From NCBI GenBank assembly GCA_025355835.1, contig JANXYW010000396.1, forward strand, positions 1 to 34,643: a DNA stretch of 34,643 bases, in the 5' to 3' direction. The DNA is from Chloroflexota bacterium. GTDB lineage: Bacteria > Chloroflexota > Dehalococcoidia > DSTF01 > JACRBR01. Positions within the stretch are counted from its first letter, which is position 1, and every line of letters begins with the position of its first letter. Below, one piece after another: positions 16,784 to 23,725 of this stretch. The notes beneath the pieces are model-generated. The model saw nothing but the letters and a program-made list of their open reading frames with translations. It was not told the DNA's origin and did no database searches. A program made the translations under genes and the position numbers.

Positions 16784-17203
16784 CTATCCGTCCCCGCCTG
16801 GCTCAGGCAAGTCGAGCGCGAGACTCCAGGTTCCGCGGAAGGTCGACGCTGCGAGCGTACCCGACGCCGTACAGCGCCCCGTCGCAGATGCAAAAACCCC
16901 GGTTCCGCCGTCGATCTCGTACTCCAGCCGCATCTCGTGATCGGCGAGATCACCTGCGTCCGTGGCTCCGGATTCAACCACCTCCCCGCGCAGCAACGAG
17001 CCGAATATTTCCGCCCCGTCGTCACGAGCAAGCGTTATGTCACCTTCCCCGGCGCTCGATACCAGCCCGATGTTCCATGCCACCAGACCGGACATCACCC
17101 AAACGCCGTCGTCGCTCTCACCATCCAGCGACACCGTCTCCGTCCCATTGAGCAGCTCCACCCGCTCCACAACCTCACCCGAAATGACGATCTCGATCTC
17201 CAT
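16784..17203 (-). CDS. Hypothetical small acidic protein (139 aa)
   Basis: The ORF has a GAGGTAGG-like site about 10 nt upstream of the ATG and non-repetitive, protein-like composition. I recognised no family. It is co-directional with, and 88 nt upstream of, the GGDEF gene. Confidence 0.5.
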   Translation of the reverse strand: MEIEIVISGEVVERVELLNGTETVSLDGESDDGVWVMSGLVAWNIGLVSSAGEGDITLARDDGAEIFGSLLRGEVVESGATDAGDLADHEMRLEYEIDGGTGVFASATGRCTASGTLAASTFRGTWSLALDLPEPGGDG

Positions 17204-17316
17204 GCCAACAACCTACCTCATCACTCCGCCCGACCATCCCCCGTGACCCACGACGACCAGTTCAATCCATCGCACGTAAAGCGGCTTTCCAGCCCGCGCG
17301 CCGGGCCGAAAACCAT

Positions 17317-17390
17317 CTCCTCTCCGCCGGGCGGAGAGGACCAGCGCGCAGCGCGGAGGTGAGGTCTCCTGCGACCTCTGTGGCTCACCC
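17317..17390. repeat. Degenerate family B plus family C repeat modules
   Basis: ctcctctccgccgggcggagaggaccagcgcgcagcgcggaggtgagg is B-like. It is followed by tctcctgcgacctctgtggctcaccc, which is C-like (compare 22065-22090). Confidence 0.5.
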
Positions 17391-17421
17391 AAAAGAAAAA
17401 CGGCGGGCACATCGCCCGCCG
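17391..17421 (-). terminator. Rho-independent terminator of the etfBA operon
   Basis: The minus strand reads CGGCGGGC-gatgt-GCCCGCCG followed by TTTTTCTTTT. It lies 36 nt downstream of the etfA stop. Confidence 0.8.
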
Positions 17422-17456
17422 CTTCGTTTCCCGTCTCCCGCATCCCGCGTCCAACC

Positions 17457-18419
17457 CTACCCTTCCGCGCGCACTTTCTTCACCGCCGCCAGGAACGCCG
17501 GCAGTACCGTCTTGTAGTCGCCGACGATGCCAAACCGCGACGCCTTGAAGATGTTCGCGTCCGGATCCTTGTTGATCGCCACAATGTTCTTCGATCCGGA
17601 GCAGCCCGCCATGTGCTGGCTCGCACCCGACACCGCCACCGCGATATACAACGTCGGGCTGACGACCTTGCCCGTCAGACCAACCTGCTCCCCCACGGGA
17701 CGCCAGCCGAGGTCCGCGACGGCGCGGCTCGCGCCGACCGCGCCGCCCAGCTCCTTCGCCAGCGCTTCGATATCTGCGAACCCTTCCGGCCCACCGAGAC
17801 CGCGGCCGCCGGTGACGACCGTGTCCGCGTCCTCCAGCCGTACGCCTTCAGAAGCCGCGACATTGCGCGCAACAACCTTCGTGCGAATGCCCGACGCGTC
17901 AAACGCGACCTTCTCCACCACACCGGCGCTGCCGCCCTCGGCCGCGTCCTGCGATTTCGGCCGCACCGTCGCGATCGCCGGCGTCGACGTGAAGCCGTTC
18001 ACCGCGCGCGCGTTACCGCCGTACGCTGGCCGGGTCGTGTGCAGCTTCCCGTCCTTCATCTCCAACGACGTCGTGTCCATCGCCACGGCCGTGCCGAGTT
18101 TGAACGACAACGCGGGACCCAGATCACGTCCCGCGTTCGTCTGCCCCAGCAGAATGATCGCCGGATCCGCCAGCGCCACCACCGCAGCCGCAGCATTCGT
18201 GAAGCCGTCCGTCGTGTACTCCGCCAGCGCCGCGTCGTCGACCACGTATGTTTTCTCAACGCCCGTGACGCCGCTCGCCGCACCTTCGACGCCCGATCCG
18301 AGCAGCATCGCCGACACCGGACCCGCGCCCAACCGCTGCGCCGCGCCGACCAACTCCTGCGTCACAGCGGCGATCTTTCCGTCCATCAGCTCCGCCAGAA
18401 TAAGCACTCCGTTTGCCAT
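17457..18419 (-). CDS. etfA: Electron transfer flavoprotein alpha subunit
   Basis: 320 aa ORF with a C-terminal FAD-binding region (VGLTGKVVSPTLYIAVAVSGASQHMAGCSGSKNIVAINKDPDANIF). It follows etfB. Confidence 0.95.
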   Translation of the reverse strand: MANGVLILAELMDGKIAAVTQELVGAAQRLGAGPVSAMLLGSGVEGAASGVTGVEKTYVVDDAALAEYTTDGFTNAAAAVVALADPAIILLGQTNAGRDLGPALSFKLGTAVAMDTTSLEMKDGKLHTTRPAYGGNARAVNGFTSTPAIATVRPKSQDAAEGGSAGVVEKVAFDASGIRTKVVARNVAASEGVRLEDADTVVTGGRGLGGPEGFADIEALAKELGGAVGASRAVADLGWRPVGEQVGLTGKVVSPTLYIAVAVSGASQHMAGCSGSKNIVAINKDPDANIFKASRFGIVGDYKTVLPAFLAAVKKVRAEG

Positions 18420-18480
18420 CGTCTCGTCTCCGTCCTATCGCGGCCCGTCACTTCGCCGCGCTCAGTTCCCGCTACCCGGG

Positions 18481-18529
18481 CTAGGTTCTAGGTTCTAGCT
18501 TCTAGGTTCCAGGTTCTTGGTTCCAGTGG
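18481..18529. repeat. Six to seven tandem heptamers of CTAGGTT type in the etfB-etfA spacer
   Basis: The units are ctaggtt ctaggtt ctagctt ctaggtt ccaggtt cttggtt ccagtgg. The palindromic CTAG gives TAG on both strands, and TAG at 18482, 18489 and 18496 covers all three frames. Confidence 0.85.
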
Positions 18530-18531
18530 CC

Positions 18532-19326
18532 TTAGATCAGTTTCGCGTCCTGAAGCCGCTTCGCCAGCGCCATCGCCTGCTCTTCCGGCGTGTCGCCTGC
18601 CATGATCTCCACCTTCGTGTCGACCACCGGCACATACAGCGCTTCGAGCGTCAACTTCTGGCCCAGCGTTCCGGCATCCAGGCCGAGATCGCCCGCAGCC
18701 CACGTCGTGACCTGCTTCTTGCCGGCCGCCATGATCTGCGGCAGTTTCGGATAACGCGGCTCGCCCAGTTCGTTGCTCACGCTGACAACAGCCGGCAGCG
18801 ACGCCTCCACCGTCTCGAGCGAGTCCGGCAGCACGCGCTCCACCGTCACCGTGCCACCGGCGACGGCAACGCGCTTGCCAAACGTGATCACCGGCGCGCC
18901 CAGCATGCCCGCGATGAGCGTCGGCGTCACTCCGCTGTCCCAGTCGACTGCCTGCCGTCCGGTCAGCACCAGGTCGACATCGCCCAGCTTTTTGACGGCC
19001 GTGCTAAGCACCGTTGCCGCGCCGTAGCTGTCGAGATCATCGAACGCCGCATCCGTGAGCAACACGCCCTCGTCCGCGCCCATCGCCAGGCCCTGCTTGA
19101 TCACATCGCGCGCGGTCGCGGCGCCCATGCTCATGATCGTCACCTTCGTGGTAGCGTCCGCGTCTTTGATCCGCATCGCCGCTTCCGCAGCGATCGCGTC
19201 AAACTGACTCGTCACCGGGGCCACGCCCTGCGGCGGCACAACCTTCTTCGCGGCTTCGTCAACTTTGAAGCTCGAAGGCGGGATATCCCAGTCGGGAACC
19301 TGCTTCACCAAGACAACAATATGCAA
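18532..19326 (-). CDS. etfB: Electron transfer flavoprotein beta subunit
   Basis: I trimmed the start to TTG at 19326, which has a GGGAGGG site 6 nt upstream. This gives (M)HIVVLVKQVPDW, the canonical EtfB N-terminus. The ORF-track extension to 19431 lacks a ribosome-binding site and protein-like sequence. Confidence 0.92.
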   Translation of the reverse strand: MHIVVLVKQVPDWDIPPSSFKVDEAAKKVVPPQGVAPVTSQFDAIAAEAAMRIKDADATTKVTIMSMGAATARDVIKQGLAMGADEGVLLTDAAFDDLDSYGAATVLSTAVKKLGDVDLVLTGRQAVDWDSGVTPTLIAGMLGAPVITFGKRVAVAGGTVTVERVLPDSLETVEASLPAVVSVSNELGEPRYPKLPQIMAAGKKQVTTWAAGDLGLDAGTLGQKLTLEALYVPVVDTKVEIMAGDTPEEQAMALAKRLQDAKLI

Positions 19327-19515
19327 CTTCGTCCCTCCCTTGGGCAGAATCGCGGTTTCACGAAAACGGGTCAGGGTGCGTTGTTCAGCACGAGGCGCAA
19401 ACCGGCACCTGAGGCCGATCGCAAGGTACATAACCGCGCCCGTTAGGTCTAGCTTCCAGAGCGACCTTCAACCGCGCCTAGCGTCGCAGCTTGCTGGGCC
19501 ATAAGTCGCCGGCCT

Positions 19516-19550
19516 GCAAGGTCAACAGGCGCCCCGCCTGTTGACCTTGC
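19516..19550. repeat. Perfect 15-bp inverted repeat with a 5-nt spacer
   Basis: GCAAGGTCAACAGGC-gcccc-GCCTGTTGACCTTGC. It lies 100 nt downstream of the DUF4243-like gene and about 190 nt upstream of etfB. No U-tract follows on either strand. Confidence 0.85.
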
Positions 19551-19649
19551 GTTCGAAACGAAGACAAACCATGGCAACAAGCCACAACGCGTCGGACGAC
19601 AGCCGTCCCCGGCTATCCTGCAGTGCGCTTTGATATACGGACCCACGCG

Positions 19650-20684
19650 CTACCGCCGCAGCCGCACCACAACATCCCGCGCCGCAACAACGAACGCCGG
19701 GTCGCCCGTAATTCGATGCTCCTTCAAGCACGCCTCCGTGAACTTGATCGCGTGCTCATCCCGCCCCGCCACCGCCTGCTCGATCAGATCGGCCGTGTCG
19801 AACTCCACCGCCGCATCGAACGTCGGCACCGCATCCGGCGCAAGGTCCGCGTACGCGGCGTAGATCGAGGCGCACGCCTGCCACGTGTAGCGCATGGCGG
19901 CCTGGCGCGTGGCGTCGGTCAGATGCGGCGCCAGCGTTCGCAGCGCGCTCGGCGCGGTCACGCAGTGGATGAACGAGATCGACGCCGTTTGCGCATTCGC
20001 GAGATAGTGCCGCACGAGCGTCCGCGTCAGATCCGAGACGAACGCGTCCGCATCACCGTCCGTCGCCACGTAGCCAATGACCGGCCCGAACGTCTCCGGA
20101 TCGACGCCCTTCACGGCATCGAAAATCATGCCGTACGTGCGGCGCTGCCAATCGACGCGCGGGACCAACGCCAGCGCCTCGCCGATGTTCATCGTTCCGA
20201 TGACGCCGGTTGCGGATGGCAACTCCTGGTAGCGCGCCGCCCAGTACCCCAGGCCCTCCGCCAGTTCGTGCAGTCGGGCCGCGCTCTCGCCCGCATCGAG
20301 CGTGCGCACCGCGTGAGCCGTCCGCAACAAGCCGTGCGTCGCGCCCGCCATAATGCCCGGTCCCAGCCGCGCCACCCACGTCTCAAGTACCTCGCGCCAG
20401 GGCCGCTCGCGCACGTCACGGTCGAAAAACGCGATCCAGTCGCCCACGCGCTTCAGATGCCCGAGCGCCTCGCGCCAGCTCGCCGCATCGATCGCGTTGC
20501 GCGCCTCCGGGTGCTCGGCCAGCCTCGGCGCGTACCAGTCCACCCAGCGCTCGACGGCGGCGGTGCGGCCCAGTGTCACCAGCGCTTCCGCCGCCATCGG
20601 CCCGTGGTTCGAAAGCCCCGGCCCGAACTCCGGACCGGTCTTCGCGAAGCGGTCAAGCACGTCATCGAGCGCAGTTGCATCCAT
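19650..20684 (-). CDS. DUF4243/questin-oxidase-like family protein (tentative)
   Basis: I trimmed the start to the ATG at 20684, which has a GGAGG site 7 nt upstream. The N-terminus GPEFGPGLSNHGPMAAEALVTLGR resembles that family as I recall it. This is not verifiable here. Confidence 0.45.
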   Translation of the reverse strand: MDATALDDVLDRFAKTGPEFGPGLSNHGPMAAEALVTLGRTAAVERWVDWYAPRLAEHPEARNAIDAASWREALGHLKRVGDWIAFFDRDVRERPWREVLETWVARLGPGIMAGATHGLLRTAHAVRTLDAGESAARLHELAEGLGYWAARYQELPSATGVIGTMNIGEALALVPRVDWQRRTYGMIFDAVKGVDPETFGPVIGYVATDGDADAFVSDLTRTLVRHYLANAQTASISFIHCVTAPSALRTLAPHLTDATRQAAMRYTWQACASIYAAYADLAPDAVPTFDAAVEFDTADLIEQAVAGRDEHAIKFTEACLKEHRITGDPAFVVAARDVVVRLRR

Positions 20685-20708
20685 AGCGGCACCTCCAGGA
20701 TCAGCATA

Positions 20709-20743
20709 CGCAACGGCCGGCGCACGAAGCATCGGCCGTTGCG
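20709..20743 (-). other. 11-bp perfect hairpin between the LOG gene and the DUF4243-like gene
   Basis: CGCAACGGCCG (20709-20719) pairs with CGGCCGTTGCG (20733-20743) across a 13-nt loop. It ends 25 nt upstream of the ATG at 20684 and has no clear U-tract. Confidence 0.4.
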
Positions 20744-20813
20744 CCGAAGCTGTCTACATCAATGGAAGTAGCCGCGAGGAGTGAGATGAGACGTTCGGCC
20801 GAGAACACCGCGC

Positions 20814-21932
20814 CTACAGCGCGTTCAGCGCGTCGATCAACTGCCGGATACGCCCAAAGTTGTGCACCGGCCGCAGCGCGATGCGCGCCAGATCGACGCC
20901 GTCGCCGTCGCGCGCTTCCGCAGGCGTGATGCCGATCGGCTCGATGCGTCCCGCCGTAACCACATCGCCGAACGCATCGTTTAGCGTCTCGAGCTGCTCC
21001 GCCGAAGGCGCACGTCGCAACCGAATCACCAACCGCTCGCCGACGTACCGCGCCGAGTCGTAGTTCGTGTAGAACCGCTCGATGATCGCCACCGCTGCGT
21101 CGATGCTGTTCGCCCGCTCGAACAGCGCCAGATCCTCCGGCGACGCCAGCCCGCGATCGACCAGGTGCGCCTTCACGAAGCGTTCCCAGTGCCGCCAGTA
21201 ATCGCCGCCTTTCGGCTCCAGCAGCACCACCGGCCGAATCGCCGTTTTGCCCGTTTGCATCAGCGTCAGCAACTCGAAGCCTTCGTCCATCGTGCCGTAG
21301 CCGCCCGGCAGCAGCACAAAGGCGTCCGACTCCTTCATGAAGGTGACCTTGCGCGTGAAGAAGTACTTGAAGTCGATCAGCTTGGGATCGCCTGCGATGA
21401 AGCCGTTCGCGCTCTGCTCGCCTGGCAGCTTGATGCCGACGCCGAAGCTGTTGCGCTTCCCCGCGCCCTCATGCCCGGCCGCCATGATCCCCGGTCCCGC
21501 ACCCGTGATCACCATCCACCCGCGCGCCGCAATCTCGTACCCAAAGTCACGCGCGATCGCGTACTCCGGATCGTCGTTCGCCGTTCGCGCCGATCCGAAC
21601 ACGCTGACCTTGCGCACGCCACGATACGGCGCAAACACCCGAAACGCGCGGCCCAATTCGTGCAGCGATCGCCGCACCAGCTTCATCTCGCCACGATTCG
21701 CCGTCCGCGCGATGCGGAACGCAGTCTCCAGCGTGTCCTGCAACAAATCCGCATTCGGCACATCGACGCCCGCGAGCAGCTCGGCGATCTTCGCATCCAA
21801 CGCCGCGTCGCCAGATCCGGCGCGCCGCCTGATCCGCTGCCGCGTCGCGCTCGTGCGGACGCTCGCCGGCTCCAGCGGCTCCACTCCCGCGACTTGGCGC
21901 TCCGTCTCGTGCTTCTCCGGCGTGTGTTCCAT
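20814..21932 (-). CDS. LOG-family (TIGR00730-type) Rossmann-fold nucleotide-monophosphate nucleosidase-like protein, long form
   Basis: It has TGAGPGIMAAGHEGA and PGGYGTMDEGFE motifs. At 372 aa it carries extensions of roughly 100 aa at each terminus. An AGGGAAG site lies upstream of the ATG. Confidence 0.8.
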   Translation of the reverse strand: MEHTPEKHETERQVAGVEPLEPASVRTSATRQRIRRRAGSGDAALDAKIAELLAGVDVPNADLLQDTLETAFRIARTANRGEMKLVRRSLHELGRAFRVFAPYRGVRKVSVFGSARTANDDPEYAIARDFGYEIAARGWMVITGAGPGIMAAGHEGAGKRNSFGVGIKLPGEQSANGFIAGDPKLIDFKYFFTRKVTFMKESDAFVLLPGGYGTMDEGFELLTLMQTGKTAIRPVVLLEPKGGDYWRHWERFVKAHLVDRGLASPEDLALFERANSIDAAVAIIERFYTNYDSARYVGERLVIRLRRAPSAEQLETLNDAFGDVVTAGRIEPIGITPAEARDGDGVDLARIALRPVHNFGRIRQLIDALNAL

Positions 21933-21998
21933 GGCTTCCCTATGCTGCGTCCGGCCGTACGCTCCCGAAATGTTCCTAAACTTCTACGGTGGCCCCAA

Positions 21999-22240
21999 CA
22001 CTCTTCGCGCCCTTCGCCCCTTTGCGGTGGCCCTAAATCTTCCGAAACGCCCCCAACCAACCCTCTGTGTCCTCTGTGACCTCTGTGGTGGAAACCTTCT
22101 CCCGACACTCTTCGCGTCCTTCGCCCCTTTGCGGTGGCCCTAAATCTTCCGAAACGCCCCCAACCAACCCTTTGTGTCCTCTGTGACCTCTGTGGTGAAA
22201 CCTTCCCCAATACCTTCGCGCCCTTCGCGTCTTCGCGGTG
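21999..22240. repeat. Tandem repeat of a 107-nt unit, about 2.3 copies
   Basis: Copy 1 (21999-22105) and copy 2 (22106-22212) differ by 2 substitutions and 1 indel over about 100 nt. A partial third copy lies at 22213-22240. The unit contains 9-nt sub-repeats (cttcgcgcc/cttcgcccc and cctctgtgt/cctctgtga/cctctgtgg). Confidence 0.9.
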
Positions 22241-22290
22241 AACCCAAAGGACCTACCAGTCTACGCACAATCTTGCCGGATCGAACGGAC

Positions 22291-22328
22291 GGCAGAAGGC
22301 CCGAAGCTTTCGCCCCGGGCCTTCTGCC
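22291..22328 (-). terminator. Probable csp terminator hairpin (13-bp perfect stem, weak U-tail)
   Basis: GGCAGAAGGCCCG (22291-22303) pairs with CGGGCCTTCTGCC (22316-22328). It lies 26 nt downstream of the csp stop. Confidence 0.5.
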
Positions 22329-22353
22329 GTGCTCTCGATAGTCTTGCGCGTGA

Positions 22354-22569
22354 TCAGCCGGTGACGCGCACGTTGATCGCGCGGCTGCGCTTCGGGTCGC
22401 GCGGATCCGACTCGGTGTCGAATTCGACGTTCTGCCCCTCATTCAGTTCATCGAAGATGCCGCCCGTCAACGCGGAGCTGTGGAAGAAGATGTCTTCCTC
22501 GGCGCCGTCCGGCCGGATGAATCCGAAGCCGCGGTCCCGCACGAGCCGCTTGATCTGTCCGTTTGCCAT
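22354..22569 (-). CDS. Cold-shock domain protein (CspA family)
   Basis: 71 aa ORF with RNP1/RNP2-like motifs RGFGFIRP and DIFFHSS. A GGAAGGA site lies upstream. The upstream intergenic region of about 230 nt is compatible with a long csp 5-prime UTR. Confidence 0.95.
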   Translation of the reverse strand: MANGQIKRLVRDRGFGFIRPDGAEEDIFFHSSALTGGIFDELNEGQNVEFDTESDPRDPKRSRAINVRVTG

Positions 22570-22801
22570 GTTCTCTGCGTTCCTTCCTATCGCCGTGGGG
22601 TCCTTCGGTGCTCCGGCGTCGACGATGGCCGGCGAACCACGGCGTTCTGCCCGTGTCGTTGCGTCCGCTCAAAAGCGAGCGCGGCCTCATGTCCGTGGGT
22701 CGTCGTGTGCGCCGAAAAGAAGGGCGTCATTGGACGTATTGCGGAGGGGCCGTATGCGCTGACGGTACCAAACACCCCCGCCAAAAGGCAACCGCCCAAC
22801 G

Positions 22802-23725
22802 TCACTTCGCGGACTGCGCACGAAACCACGCGACCGTGCGCTCCAGACCTTCGCGCAGTCCCACCTCCGCGCGCCAGCTAGTCGCAGCAGCCAGCTTCGC
22901 CGATGACGCATACGTCGCAGGCACGTCGCCGGCGCGCACGCCCAGATCCTCGATCGGCACGTCGTACCCTGCAATGTCTGTGATCTCGCGGATCACATCG
23001 ATCATCTTCGAGCCCGTGTCCGAGCCGACGTTGAAGTACTGCAACCCCGATAACCCAAGCACCGCTGCGTGTGCGCGCGCCAGATCGTCGACGTAGATGA
23101 AGTCGCGGATCTGTTCGCCGCTCCAGTACAGCGGGATCGCCTTCTTCGCCAGCACCGACGTGACGAAGTTCGGGATCGCGTGCGTCTCCGGCTCGTGCAA
23201 CTCGTTCGGCCCGTACGGGTTGAAGTAGCGCAAAATGATCGCGTCCATGCCGTACAGCGAGTTGTACGTCGCGACGAACGCTTCCGTCGATACTTTCGAC
23301 GCACCATACGGGTTCGATTGCGCGCCCAGCGGATCTTCTTCGCTGATCGGCAGCCGTTTCGGCGTGCCATATACCGTCGCGCTCGACGAGAACACGATCT
23401 TGCCGACATCGGACTTGTGCATCGCTTCCAGCAGGCGCACGGAGTTGACGATGTTGTTCTCGGCGAACAGCACCGGCTCAAGCACGGAACGCCCGACTTC
23501 GATGAACGCCGCCATGTTGATCACGGCGTCGTGCCCGCGCAGCCAGCCGCGTAACTGCTCTTCGTCGCGCAGGTCGCCTTCGATGAAGCGAGCGCCCTCG
23601 GGCACAAGACCGCGGAAGCCCTTCGACAGATTGTCGAGAACCGTCACCTCGTGCTGCGCTTCCAGCAAGACCTGGGTCAGGGATGACCCGATGAAACCCG
23701 CGCCGCCCGCGACGAATACGCGCAC
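22802..23725 (-). CDS. galE: NAD-dependent epimerase/dehydratase, UDP-glucose 4-epimerase-like
   Basis: I trimmed the start to GTG at 23725 (VRVFVAGGAGFIGS). It has the catalytic YGASK motif and is 307 aa. The ORF-track extension to 24124 runs antisense-frame through fabF and is Arg-rich. Confidence 0.8.
   Translation of the reverse strand: MRVFVAGGAGFIGSSLTQVLLEAQHEVTVLDNLSKGFRGLVPEGARFIEGDLRDEEQLRGWLRGHDAVINMAAFIEVGRSVLEPVLFAENNIVNSVRLLEAMHKSDVGKIVFSSSATVYGTPKRLPISEEDPLGAQSNPYGASKVSTEAFVATYNSLYGMDAIILRYFNPYGPNELHEPETHAIPNFVTSVLAKKAIPLYWSGEQIRDFIYVDDLARAHAAVLGLSGLQYFNVGSDTGSKMIDVIREITDIAGYDVPIEDLGVRAGDVPATYASSAKLAAATSWRAEVGLREGLERTVAWFRAQSAK

Noticed and set aside
16696-17031. N-terminal 112-aa extension of the GGDEF/HD-GYP ORF (ORF-track start at 17031)
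   Set aside because: The extension is Arg/Cys-rich and unlike protein sequence. It overlaps the better-supported 139-aa ORF (16784-17203) in another frame. The ATG at 16695 is followed directly by a plausible cytoplasmic N-terminus and transmembrane helices.
21683-22442. ORFs 21683-22210 and 22140-22442 (minus strand) spanning the 107-nt tandem repeat
   Set aside because: Their sequences are dominated by repeat-encoded HRGHRG / QRSQRTQR strings. The first also overlaps the LOG gene start out of frame. There are no ribosome-binding sites.
22570-22801. Possible riboswitch or sRNA in the 232-nt region upstream of csp
   Set aside because: I could not recognise any known riboswitch core by eye. 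A long structured 5-prime UTR is normal for cold-shock genes, so I leave it as an unannotated UTR.
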